Origin: Ginglymostoma cirratum
Taxonomy: Eukaryota
Assembly: GCA_024137785.1 (NCBI GenBank)
Contig: JAHRHZ010000018.1
Coordinates: forward strand, 13,117,679-13,181,678
Length of the DNA: 64,000 nucleotides
Direction of reading: 5' to 3'
A program made the translations under genes and the position numbers. The notes beneath the pieces were generated by a model, which saw nothing but the letters and a program-made list of their open reading frames with translations, was not told where the DNA came from and did no database searches. Positions 1-11,482 of this stretch are shown here, one piece after another (positions within the stretch are counted from its first letter, which is position 1; every line of letters begins with the position of its first letter).

Positions 1-130
1 ACCCTTCATTTCTGATGAAGGGTTTAGGCCCGAAACGTCAAGTTTTCCTGCTCCTATGATGCTGCTTGACCTGCTGTGTTCATCCAGCCCCATGCTTGTT
101 ATCTCGGATTCTCCAGCATCTGCAGTACCT
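1..130 (+). mobile_element. Penelope-like element (family A) 3' end with minimal hammerhead motif; fold-back junction cut by the window edge
   Basis: CTGATGA (12-18), GGG-tttagg-CCC, GAAA (32-35), GTC (37-39). acccttcat (1-9) is the exact reverse complement of atgaagggt (15-23). The downstream sequence matches the terminus of the GIY-YIG element at 53943-54073. Confidence 0.85.
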
Positions 131-157
131 TTTATCTATGAACGTTTCTGTGTCTGT

Positions 158-1019
158 TGTAATTTAGTATGTGTGATTACATATATTTTAATAAAGTTTA
201 GTTTTGGTGTTTTGGGGTTTGAACTTGTGGCATATGTGGTTTCTGTATGCCTAGAGTGACTAAATGATTAACTTGTAAGTATTTCTGTAGCCATGTTGAT
301 TTATTTTAAAATATGGTATTAGTGAAAGACTTCCTGGATTTTATTTACAATGGGAGAGATTAAAAGTGAACAAAGTAAATAGTCTAGTGCATTATGCTTT
401 CAAATAGAAGATTCTAGAATTGTTTCTTTTTGGGCTTGGGGAAACATCAAAAGCTTGGAAAAAGAAAAGTTTATTTTTAGTTTGGGGCAATTAGCAGAAG
501 CTATCTGTGTAAAACAGTCTCTCCTGAAAAAGGGATGTTTTAGGACCGCTAAGAAAGATGTTACCTCAGAGTAAGGAGTTTAGTTTAAAAGTTCCAGACC
601 AGAAGTGTTTTGTTTAAACCCTGAAGGTGTTATTTGAAGCTGAGAAAGTCTATGCTTAGTTGTATGAAAACACTATCAGATTCTCAAGATGGGGAACTGA
701 AGCCACAGTTAAATTAAGCCTTATAGCTGAAAGAGGAAAGGAAATTCTCTCTGGTAATAAAAGGACTAGTGTTTGGATTAATGGAATTATATTTTACCAA
801 CTGTTCAAAATTTTAAAATTTGTGTTATATGTAATTAGTTTTGTTTTGTGTAATAGACTTCTGTTTTACGGGTAAATTAGAATCTACAGCATTGGTTGTC
901 TGTGTTTCAATGCGAGACCATCTCATTTAAAGCCAAAAGCAAACAAAATATCATCAACCAGACCGAGTCCCAGTCTGGGATCTTATTGTTTAGTAACAAT
1001 GTTAACTTAGATCATAACA
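158..1019 (+). repeat. 5' LTR
   Basis: Starts tgtaattt, ends cataaca. Colinear similarity to 7715-8589, e.g. gtaaggagtttagttt(a/t)aaagttccaga and tgtgtaaaacagt..ctcctga. Confidence 0.85.
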
Positions 1020-1021
1020 GC

Positions 1022-1041
1022 TGGGGACTCTTGGCAGGGAT
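1022..1041 (+). other. Degenerate primer binding site, tRNA-Pro-like
   Basis: tggggactcttggcagggat directly after the LTR resembles the tRNA-Pro PBS tgggggctcgtccgggat. Confidence 0.55.
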
Positions 1042-1250
1042 TTTGCATTCACTGGATTTAAGAGGATCTGTCAAGTGCAGGACAGAGAACAGCTCCATTC
1101 TGTGAGGTTTGAAGCACAGAAATTTAATGACAACTTTGGATGTTGTTCACAGTTGTCTGGAAGTGAAGGATATATTATTTGAAAACTTTGACTAAAGCTA
1201 AAATGAGACAGAGAGAGTTCGAAGGAAAGTTCAAGGCTGGACTAAAAGAA

Positions 1251-1612
1251 AGTAGCCTGGTGGCTCAGGCATTAGCACTGCTGCCTCACAGCGCCAGGGA
1301 CCCAGATTCAATTCCACCTTTGGGCAAATATCTGCACAGGGTTTGCACATTCTCCCTATGTCAGTGTGGATTTCCTGCATGTTCTCCAGTTTCCTCCCAC
1401 AATCCACAGATGTGTAAGTTGAGTGGATTGGTCATGCATTTTTGCCCCTATTGTCCAGGGATGTGTAGGCTAGGTGGGTTAGCCATGGGTAATGCAGGGT
1501 TTTAGGGATAGAATAGGGTAGGGGGCTGAGTCTGGGTGGGATGGTCTTCGGAGTGTCGGTGTGGAATTGTTGGGTGAATGGCCTGTTTCCACACAGTAGG
1601 GGTTGTAAGGAT
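1251..1612 (+). mobile_element. HE1 SINE nested in the Gypsy gag region
   Basis: tRNA-like head (ggtggctcag..ttagcactgctgcctcacagcgccagggaccc), V-domain core (gtttgcacattctccc..tttcctcccaca) and CR1-like tail (ggcctgtttccaca). Confidence 0.9.
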
Positions 1613-2004
1613 AACGATGAGATGTTTCAAGCAATTTTCAAGCATTTAGACTGGGAAGAAAGTAAACCTGAAATTGGAATGTCACAACTAGTGCTTGCTA
1701 AGATACAGTTATAAATGGAAGGGACTGAATTAGAGGAGAGAGAAAATCAAGAGAAGCGGGGCAAGTAAGAAGAAAGAGAAGAAAGAAAAGCAGAGGGAAA
1801 TGGAATTTAAAAAGCCCAAACTCTGAAGAGACTGGGAAATTAGACAGTATAAGTTGACCATGGACCAGCTTAGAGCAAATAAAGATACAATGGGCGTGTG
1901 TTTTGGAGAACAGGCAGAAGGACACCAAAATAATAAAGGTGAAAGGTTAAAACCAAAATAGGAAATAAAATAAGTAACATGCAGCCACCTTAATAAGATA
2001 TGAT

Positions 2005-2175
2005 TTATTATTTTGCATATACCTAGGTACAGAAAAAAGTTTTGCTTTGTGTGCAGCACAGGCAGATCATAACATACAAAGATTATAGGGTAATAGAACA
2101 GAACGAGAAATACAAAATTACCACTGCAAAGAAGGTGCACAAAAAGCAAGAATAACATTAGGTTTTAAATTTGAG
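2005..2175 (-). mobile_element. Rex1/Babar LINE 3' tail fragment nested in Gypsy
   Basis: Reverse complement resembles the tail at 37400-37490 (tatgat.tgcctg....gcac.caaagcaa.actttt..ctgt). Confidence 0.6.
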
Positions 2176-2999
2176 AAGATATATGAGAGGAAGATTAGAC
2201 ATACCAAAGCGAATCGCTGGAATTTTAAATGGGAGGCTGACAGGGGTAGTAGGAATGTCCAACAAACCTTCAGAAAATGGGGATATCAGGAAAGGTAGTA
2301 GACATTGACAATGTAGTGGTAGTACAAAGAGAACATGTTTCCTTAGAATGTACTAAGAAGGGACAAATAGTCCAGGACAGTCATAAAAATTATTTTCAAA
2401 AAAGTGATAAAGAGAATCAGATCACTGGAGTTTCTGAGTGTTCAATCTCAAATATGGAGTTATTTCATTAGTTTTGAGCTAAGTGATGAAGCAATAACGT
2501 TATTGAGAGAAACTGAAGCAAGTTCTCACTGATGCTGGCTGATAATATGATTTCTCTTCCAGAAGGAATAAAGAAAGAAAACATTAATTGAAAGTTTACA
2601 TAGAGATTACAAAGAAGTCTCATTTCACACAACCAGATTAAACAGTAATTTGGTAAATATAGTAGTTGGAGTAGTGAAACAAATTCCTGCAAAAGGAATA
2701 GGGTTTACTTTGGGAAATTACCTGGGAGGAGCAAGAATATTAGCTTCACCAAGGGTGGTAAAATAACTAATAGAGGCAGAGGTATGTGAAATATTATAAG
2801 AGGAAGATTCTGGATTGATTGCTGATGTGCTGTAACAAGATCTCAGGCCCATAGAATTAGACAACAAGAAAACAGGGAGATGATGTGGAAATTCAATTTT
2901 TGAATATAATTTATGAAAATTTAACTAAAAAATGAAGAATCTGAGAAGATTTGGGCTGAGATATTTCCCCCGTCTTTTTCAATAAATATGTAATGAATG

Positions 3000-4310
3000 G
3001 ATTCTTAATTGAAAAAAAATGTTATACCAAACAGATGAAAATCAGAAGCATTACCACAACATGGAATTTGGAAGACAAACTCTTATTAAGGAAATGAAGA
3101 TACAAGCCAATGAAGAATAGGCAATGGTCCATCAAGTGATAGCCCCATCTGAGTATTGTACTAAAATTGTATGAGTGACCCAGAAAATTCTCGTGGAATG
3201 TCACATAGACATTAGGAATGCAAAGGCTAAAGTATGAAAACATTTTTATTGACTAGAATTGATCTGGAAAAGATGCAGCCAACCTTTCCCAAACATGCTG
3301 TTCATGTTGGATAGTGGGGAAACCCTAAGCCTCAATGAAACCTACAACCTTTATTATAGAGATAGTAGGAACTGCAGATGCTGGAGAATCTGAGATGACA
3401 AGGTGTAGAGCTGGATGAACACAGCAGGCCAGGCAGCATCAGAGGAGCAGGAAGGCTGACGTTTCGGGCCTAGACCGAAGGATCTCTGTCATTGTTACCT
3501 TTATTATAGATCTGCTTTTGAGGAATTATTTACTAGGGTTGTAATAGACTGTGCAGGGTTCCCATCTGGGAACTAATTTTTATTTAATTATTATGGATGT
3601 TTCTACAAGAATTTCTGAAGCAGTGCCTTCAGAGAAAATGACTGCAAAATTTCCCATGAAGAAGTTCAATTTTTTTGCAAGATATGGATTACCCAAAGAA
3701 ATACAGCTATATCAAGGCTCAAACTTTATGTTGCAAATATTCAAAGGAATGATAGGGATTTTTAGGATAAAACAATTCACACCTTTTTAGAATAAAACAA
3801 TTCACACCTCCTGCTTATCATCTACAATGTGAACGTGCATTGGAAAAATGGCATCAAACTATGAACACCATAATTTCAGCTTATTGCCAATAATGTCCGA
3901 ATGCCTATGTCCAAAGGATAGGGGAATTCCTTTGTTAATATTTGTCATTAGGAATGCTCCTAATGAATCCATCAGATTCTGTGATTTTGAAATAATATAT
4001 AGTAATGTGGTGAATGGAAGGCTTAAATTAATTTTGGAGAAATTGATAAACCAAAGCCCAGATTCTATGCTTCCAGCCTAAGTTTTGACTTTCAGAGAAA
4101 CTTGACCAATGCCTGTGAATTGGCTAAAAAGCATTTGAAGAGAACCCAACAAACAATGAAAACTAGAATTCATAAAAAAGGCCAAAGTTTGTTTTTAAGT
4201 TTCGGAGATGGGGCATTATAGTTGTCATCTGTCTCTAGGGAAGTGTTAAAAGCAAAGTTCACTGGAAATTACCAAATCAAAAAGAAACTCTATGATCTTC
4301 TCCAGGAGCA
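3000..4310 (+). pseudogene. Gypsy integrase remnant
   Basis: ORF 3551-3790 reads YLIIMDVSTRISEAVP...FFARYGLPKEIQLYQGSNF (rve core with degenerate SDQGSNF). ORF 3848-4081 reads GIPLLIFVIRNAPNESIRFCDFEIIY. Confidence 0.88.
3361..3496 (-). mobile_element. Penelope-like family A 3' end inserted in the integrase
   Basis: gatagtaggaactgcagatgctggagaatctgag...ctgacgtttcgggcctagacc, flanked by a 14-bp direct repeat acctttattataga (3347-3360, 3497-3510). Confidence 0.88.
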
Positions 4311-4559
4311 GAATCAATGAGTGTGAATTTTTAATATGACAAGGACAATAGAAGGGGAAAGTGTGCATACAGTCATGTAAGTCATAGGACATGAAACAGA
4401 AATATTAAAACAATCAACAAATGAATCAGAAATTTAAAACTCAAAAGTTAACCCTCCAAGAATTGGTTTAGAAAACATGGAAGTCCTTAAAAAATTAAGT
4501 AATATAATGTTTTACCTTCTAGAAAACTATTCAGGTGACTTTTGAATCCTATTACAAAA

Positions 4560-5584
4560 TTGTGAGAACTGACCTCGAAAAATGCATTGCCTGTAAAATA
4601 ACACTTGTACAGACTCAATCCAGAGAGTTCAGCTCAAATGAGTGAAGAGATCAAATTCTTGATGAACACTGACATTTTTGTGTCATTGTAGCTAGAGTTC
4701 AAGTAGTATGATGTACCAAAACTGGATTGGTCACCAAGATTCTACGTTGATATTTCAATGTCAATGTGTCGACAGAAGTGGATTCCTATCCTAATCCTAA
4801 ACTGGAAGACTGCATTAAACAAATTGGAGATGTATGATTTTTCAAGAAAATAGAATTGCTAAAAGCATAGTGGCAAGTTCCATTGACTGATAGACCCAAA
4901 TAAGTTGCAGCCTTTTTAATGCCTAGATTGACTGCATCAATACAAAGTCATGCAATTTGGAATGAAAAATGTAACAGCAATGTTTCCAATGCTTGATCTA
5001 TAAAGTCACCGATGGACTAAGTAATGTTTTTAATTGATACTTTGGTATTTTTAACCAGAACCTAGGGAAAACATTTACACCAAATGACTGAACTGTTTGA
5101 TTGGCTACAAAAAGCCAATCCCATCATAAATCTAACTAGGTGTGAATTTGTCAACGCAAATGTGATTTACTTGGACTGTAGCTTGGGACAAGACCAAGTA
5201 GCACTAGTGAAGTGAAAGTTAGGGCTTTTTTAGATTCTCCTGTGCTGATGATAATATGTGGAATTTTGCACTTTGTTGGCACGAGTAGATTCTATTGCAA
5301 TTTTGTTCTGAACATCAACACTTTTGTTGCAGGTTTAAAATAATGGTTAAAAATTTGAATGAGCCAGAGTACTTTTAATAATTTGAAGCCGTGCTTACAA
5401 ATGCACTAGTTTTAGTTGAAACTAACGAGGAGACTCCATTCAAATAAGGTCTTAATGCTAGTGACATTGGTATACGGGCTGCTTTACTGGATGACAAGAT
5501 GAGAATTGAATAGCCAGTCAGTTGATTTTCAAAAGAACAGCCTACGTGTCAGTGAAAATATTCTCCAGTGGAAAAGGCGATTGT
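4560..5584 (+). pseudogene. Gypsy reverse transcriptase and N-terminal RNase H remnant
   Basis: Translates to DSYPNPKLEDCIKQIG..KIELLKA*WQVPLTD, YKVMQFGMKN, INLTRCEF, ASDIGI.AALL and KYSPVEKA. Confidence 0.85.
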
Positions 5585-7303
5585 GGGCTTTTTTTTTGGT
5601 AAATTTCCAACTGCGTTAAGTGTTTTTAGACCATTTTCTCTTCTGAGGCCGAACAAGATCTGTCACTGTATTTTACCAAACGAGTCTCATTAACTACCTA
5701 CCCTAAATCCTCTAGTGATACTTTCATCGACTTGTATCGTATTTTTATCATTCACCATTTCCAAAACAACTCATCACTTCCAGGATATCCAAGAAATGAC
5801 CCGCAATCCAGGCATTGGTGCCACCTTCAAAAGGCTGTTGCGAACCAGCACAGATACCACCAATCTGCACCTGTTCTCCACAGTTCTTAACATTTTCCCT
5901 CAATATGGCAGATAAGGGGCCATTTGTCACCCTGCCTGGCGACAGACAACTGGAGCTCTGGCTGGATAGAAAGGTGCATGGGCAGGACATCCTCTTTCCC
6001 CAGGGCCAGCAGAGAAGGCTATTATGCCAGACTATCCCCACCTGGTCTGAAGATGCCATCCAGGTGAGTGCAATGTCAGCTGTGTGGAGGAATGCATAGC
6101 ATTATCAGAAGGTTGATGACCTTCTCCCTTCTGCTAGCACTAATGCTAACATCTCCACTCCGATACCTCATATTCACTCTATCTTTGCTTCTGCACCCAC
6201 CTCCCATCAAAGCTCACACTGTCCCTGTTACCTGCAACATCTTCCCTCACCCACTGACACCCACTGCAACCCCTGATGCCATGACCTTGGCATGCCCTCT
6301 GTGCTGGCTAATCGCTCGCTCAGGACACCTCCCTACCTGCACTAACAGTTCTCCCTATGCTACCCACTGTCATTTCCCATAATTTCTGCTTCTGTCTTCG
6401 TCCAGGAGGCAATCAGCCCATGATAGGACAGAAAGATTTAAGACAAGGGGTGAGCTGCTTGACTTATGATTCCTCACCATTGATTGGAAGGGCATTCTCA
6501 TTCTATCCACACCCAGTGGCTGACTGACCATGTCCAAACCCCAGGACAATACCAGAGGCTGTCCTTGTCTTACTGTGCAGGGACCCGCTGAGCAAAGGCT
6601 ACCTCCCTTGACTAAGAACTGCTGTCAACCATCACCAGCTTCTTGATTTTGTTTCTGCACTAAACAGCAAGGCAAGACAGAAGTAATCTGAACCTGGTAT
6701 TTCTGGCTGAAGGGGAAATTTGCAGAAAGGCAATGCAAGGCAGAGATACTGTGAGCATCCAGGCAGGTTCAGAGAGAATGAGCGAGTGAGCACTGTGACA
6801 GCAAGTAAACAGGCTGGACATGCAGCCTGGGAGCTGATTGTAGGTCCCTGAGTACATAGTGACCTTGCTATAGCATTACAATGAGAGTTGGCAGAGCAGC
6901 CCTGAGATACAAACGTGAAGAAGTGTACTGGAAATGAATCAGATATGTGTCAGGAGGACCCTGAGAGGCTAGCAGTTGTCAGATGCCAATGTCCATGGAT
7001 ATGGTTTGCATGTGCTGGTACGCATAGTGCAACATGATGGTCCTTTGGAGCAAACGATGAGCTAAAGTCCCAATCTGACTCTGATGTCTAGCTTGTTCCT
7101 AATGTCTAGCTTGTTTGGCGCATTTGGTTAAATAGAAAACATTTGCCTCAATAAACCCAACATGCCTCTAGGCAAATACTTAAAAGTTGCAACAAGATGC
7201 TCCCAGTGTTGAGCCACACCTCAACAGACTTCTCATACAACTCCGCCACAAACCTCATTGTAACCCACGTCTTTCAGGTTCAGGCTACTCTAAGATTCCA
7301 CTC
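5585..7303 (+). mobile_element. Insertion splitting RNase H; probable PIF/Harbinger remnant with Myb/SANT-like ORF fragment
   Basis: 5905-6125 reads MADKG..DRQLELWLDRKVHGQDILFP..PTWSEDAIQVSAMSAVWRNA*HYQKVDDL, which fits the Harbinger Myb/SANT-like pattern. RNase H resumes after 7303. Confidence 0.6.
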
Positions 7304-7525
7304 AGTTAGTTTTCTGATGGCTGTACATCATCTGGAGGTTTATATCAGCAACAATGTGCAGGAAACTGTTATTTATTTGGGCTGCAATCCTTTGATTTTC
7401 TTGGAAAACTTCTGGGACAAGAATTTATGATTATGTCGATGGAGCTAAATTCTCCAACCATATAATTTGAAAATCATTCATGTGTCTGGAAAAGAAAATG
7501 TTAGAGTGGATGTCTTGTCAAAAAC
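7304..7525 (+). pseudogene. C-terminal half of Gypsy RNase H
   Basis: FLMAVHHLEVYISN..TVIYLGCNPLIFL and IHVSGKENVRVDVLS correspond to the canonical ALQHFEVY / YTDHNPL / HIKGKDNVIADALS motifs. Confidence 0.8.
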
Positions 7526-7714
7526 ACTTCTGAAGGACACTGAGTGATGAGGTACCCATCTACTTATGTAAGATATGGTTCCTGTGGAATGCATTCTGCA
7601 TTTACTGTCAATATTTTACAATGGTCAGTGTGACATAGAAGTTGTGTGAAGATAATTTTTGATGACTAATGTAATTGTCTTTCAAGGATATACTTTCATT
7701 TTTCTTTGGGGAAA

Positions 7715-8589
7715 TGTGATTTAAGCTGTGCTATTTGTATGTATTTCAAAATAATTTATTTTGGATTTTTGAATTTTGAGTGAGTGGTTTTTTGTTGTAT
7801 GTCTAAGGGAATTTAAAGATAAACTCACAGTATTTATCTTGCATGTGCTATCTTTTAAAACACAATATTGGAGGAAGATACCCAGAGAGTAATGGGGTTT
7901 GTTTACATTTGGATAGTTTGTGAGAAAACTGTATAGTGCATCAGGTAAAAGAGTCTGGAATTTTAGGGCTTCGGGAAATACCCATAGTTTCAAACAAAAA
8001 GAAAGTTTTTTAGTTTTAGTTTAGGATTTGGCTGAAGCTGGTTGTGTAAAACAGTTGCTCCTGAGAAAGGGTGGTACTTTTAGGACTGTTTAGAAAGAGG
8101 TTAACTCAGTGTAAGGAGTTTAGTTTTAAAGTTCCAGATCAGAGGTGTTTAGTTAAAATGCTGAAGAGGTTGTTCAAAGTCGAGAAAATCTAATCTCAGA
8201 GGTCTGAAGGCTCTGAAGGCTCCAGGAGAAGGCTATCAGCTTGTCAAGATGGGTAATTGATGCCACAGTCAAAGAGATGACAAAGAGATGGGGATTTTCT
8301 TTGGTATGAGTACTGTGAAGGAATATTGTTGGGATTGTATTTTACTATGTACTTTCAAATGTTTAAATCTGTATTGTATGTGAATAGTTTGCTTATTCAA
8401 TATTATCTTCATATTTCTTATGGAATAAACTTCTGTTTTATTGTCAAACCCAAATATGCAACGTTTCATGTTTGTGTTTCAAGAAAGACCAACTTGTCAA
8501 AAGCAAATTAAACAAAATTTGATCAGTCAAGCCAGGTATCAATCTGTAATCTGATTTGTCCAGTAGCAACAGCAACTGGGAACATAATG
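7715..8589 (+). repeat. 3' LTR
   Basis: Follows a short purine tract ggggaaa, starts tgtgattt, ends cataatg. Homologous to 158-1019. Confidence 0.85.
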
Positions 8590-9504
8590 CTGTGAAGATA
8601 GCTATTGCTGTGGTTTGTACCACAACCACCCTTTCCTCTTCAAACATGAATTATCTGTCTTTCCCTAAGTTTCCCATGATTTTAATAGTTTCACCCAGAT
8701 GACAAGTTCAAGCTTTGGGTTTAGACATCTTCTTATCAACCTGCTGAAATATATTATTACACTCAAACCTGTCCCTTCTGGCTGAGAGGTAGGGGCACTT
8801 TCACACCACCACAATAGCTCTCAAGCTTCAGGCTTAAATTTACCTGTGTGGAGTCTATTGCTGTTCACCTAAACATGCTCGCCCATTAATTTATTTGCCT
8901 CAAGTTTGACTTACTGGATTCTTCTTCTATCAAGAACATGTTGGACTACACTTTTAGACTTGAAAGCTGTAGCTCTGCTCAGCTATTCAATCAAGTTATT
9001 CTTGACTTGGGTAGCAATGTCATTAGACAGCTAAATGTACAGTCATTTCTGACTTTTTGTGAGTTGTTCCAAGGCCCATTAATTGATGTCCCATGTTCAG
9101 ATTTAGTAGGAATGGCCAACAGTGAAACTTATGAGTTTTCAAGCGTAGTGGAATAGCTAGAGCATTAAGAGAGAATAGCTGCTTGCCAAATGAATATCTT
9201 TCAGGAAGACGACTTCTGTTTCCTTTAAGCACACATGATGAAAGCAACAGGAAGTCACCTCACTTACTCTTTTCCATCTTATTGTTAAATAAAGTTGAAA
9301 ATGGAAAGAATGAGCTGAGGACATGCTTTTAGCCAGATCATGGCTACATTCCTCCAGTCCGTTCCTCGTTAGCCACCTCTAGGCCCAACATTGAATCATC
9401 AGTTTTCTAAGATAACTGCATCATTCCTTCTCCAAACTCTTCCACTACCTTTGTATTGCCCAAACATGTGGCCAACATTTACTCCTGACTGAACTGCGCC
9501 TTTT

Positions 9505-10007
9505 ACTTTATTCATGAGATGTGGACATCACTCCCTTGGCCAGTATTTATAATGCATCCCTAATTGCCCTGGAGAAGTTGGTGGTGAGCTGATGTCTTGA
9601 ACTGCTGCAATCCATGAGGACACCCACAATGTCATTAAGGAGGGAATTCAGGATTTGACCCAGCAACAATGAAGGAACAGCAATACTTTTCAAGGTCAGG
9701 ATAGTGAGTGGCTTGGTGGGGAACTTGCAGGTGGCAATGTTCCGATGTATCTATTGCCCTTGTCCTTTTAGATGGAAATCGTTGTGGGTTTGGAAGGTGC
9801 TGTCTAAAGATCTTCGGTGAATTTGCGCATTTCATCTTGTAGATAGTAATACTGCTGGTACTGAGTGTCAGTGGTGGAGGGAATGGATGTTTGTGGATGT
9901 GATGTTAAATAAGTGGGCTTCTTTGTCCTGGATGGTGTCAAGCTTCTTGAGTGTTGTTGGAGCTGCACCCATCCAGGCAAGTGGGGAGTGTTCATCACAC
10001 TCCTGAC
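9505..10007 (-). mobile_element. CR1-group LINE 3' fragment (family with gggcaataaatgctggcc tail)
   Basis: Reverse complement matches 15690-16175 and 10008-10237. Confidence 0.75.
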
Positions 10008-10237
10008 AAGTTCACCTCCAAGTCACTCACCACCCTGAGTTAGAAATATTTTGTCATTGATTCACTGGGTCAAAATCCTGTAATTGTCTCCCTCAGGACA
10101 TCGTGGGTCAACCCAGTGCATGTGGACTGCAGCGATTCAAGAAGGCAGTTCACCACCACCTTCTCAAGGGCAACTAAGGATGGGCAATAAATGCTGGCCA
10201 CCCGGTGGTGCCTGTGTTCAACAAGTGTGTAAAAAAA
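10008..10237 (+). mobile_element. CR1-group LINE 3' fragment, head-to-head with the previous copy
   Basis: gactgcagcgattcaagaaggcag..caccaccaccttctcaagggcaactaaggatgggcaataaatgctggcc followed by an A-rich end. Confidence 0.75.
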
Positions 10238-10719
10238 TGTATCTGATCTCCATTCAACACCAGCCTCTGATCTCCCCCAAATCCAGTCTCTGATCTCTCC
10301 TGATACCTGGCTCCAATCTCCCCTCTCATCAGTCTCTGGTTTCCCTCAATGCCAATCTCCAAGCTTGCCTGACTTTGATATCCAACCTCTATCACAATAT
10401 CCGGTCCTTTACCATTCCTCTCTCTCTCTTCTCCCCTGTTACGGGTTAATACCAATGGTCTATCAAATTTCAATAGTCTGCCTTTAATATTCCTTGTCTG
10501 GAAAATGGGAGAAAAGAAAACGTTAATCAGGATTTTGCTGTTAAATTAGGTCAGACCTGAGGGCAAAATGTTCTTTTGGGTTCCTGAATGTAAAACTGGC
10601 CCACTCACTCCCTCTCTACTTGTTCAAAAATAATTAGAGCCAATGACTTCGCCCATCCTGATGTTTAATTGAATGAACATGAAGGGACTCACAGCCCTTG
10701 AAATTAAGGCAGCATTTGT

Positions 10720-11482
10720 CCGAGTGCAGCATCAAGGAGGCTGAGCAAAGCTAGAATCAATGGGAATCAGGGGGAATTCTCTCCATTGGCACCTAGCGCA
10801 GAGAAAGATGGTTGTGGTTGTTTGAGGTCAGTCATCCCAGCTCCAGGACATCTGTACAGGTATTCTTCAAGGTAGAATCCTTGGCACTACAATCTTTAGC
10901 TGCTTTGTCAATGATCTTCCATCCATCATCATGTCAGAATTGGAGACGTTCATTAATGATTATACAATTGTGAGCACTATTCGTAACTCTTGAGACACTG
11001 AAGTAGACCATACCCAAACACAGCAAGTCCCGAATAACATCTAGGCTTGGGCTGATTAGTGCCAAGTAACATTCATACTACATAAGTCACAGGCAACAAT
11101 TACCTCCACCAAGTGAGAATCTATGCATCTAGCATTGCTGTCACTGAATCCTCCACTCTCAACATTCTAGAGGTTACTATTGACAAGAAACTGAACTGGA
11201 CTTGCCAAGGGAATACTATGGCTGCAAGAGCAGGTTAAAGAGTAGGAAATCTGCAGCTGCTAACTCACTCCCCACCTCCCCAAAGCCTGTCCACAATCTA
11301 CGAGGCACAAGTCAAACTTGGGATGAAAATTTCCCGCATTTGCATGGATGGATGCATTTTCAAAAACAGTCAAGAAGCTGGGCACTGTCCAGGACAAAGG
11401 AACCTGTTTAATTGGCACCACACCCACACCTTAACAACTGATGCAGAGTGGCAACAGTGTGTGCCACCTACAGGGTACACTG
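10720..11482 (+). mobile_element. Decayed CR1-group LINE RT region
   Basis: Colinear with 15050-15870 (VGVxQGSVL, FINDLPSII, DDCT, LDNIQAWADKWQ-like motifs). Confidence 0.75.

Larger units (their letters stand above)
158..8589 (+). mobile_element. Decayed full-length Gypsy LTR retrotransposon, Gmr1-like (IN upstream of RT-RNase H)
   Basis: Two homologous LTRs. 4-bp TSD ctgt at 154-157 and 8590-8593. PBS-like sequence follows the 5' LTR. Recognisable IN, RT and RNase H motifs occur in that order with many stops and frameshifts. Confidence 0.9.

Noticed and set aside
1179-1505. 108-aa ORF and similar ORFs (e.g. 25147-25404, 37117-37308, 54931-55167) with a recurring LALLPHSARD..CTFSPCLCGF peptide
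   Set aside because: These are translations of HE1 SINE copies, not a gene family.
3762-3810. ~25-bp tandem duplication ataaaacaattcacacct
   Set aside because: A two-copy slippage inside a dead integrase; not a CRISPR or functional array.
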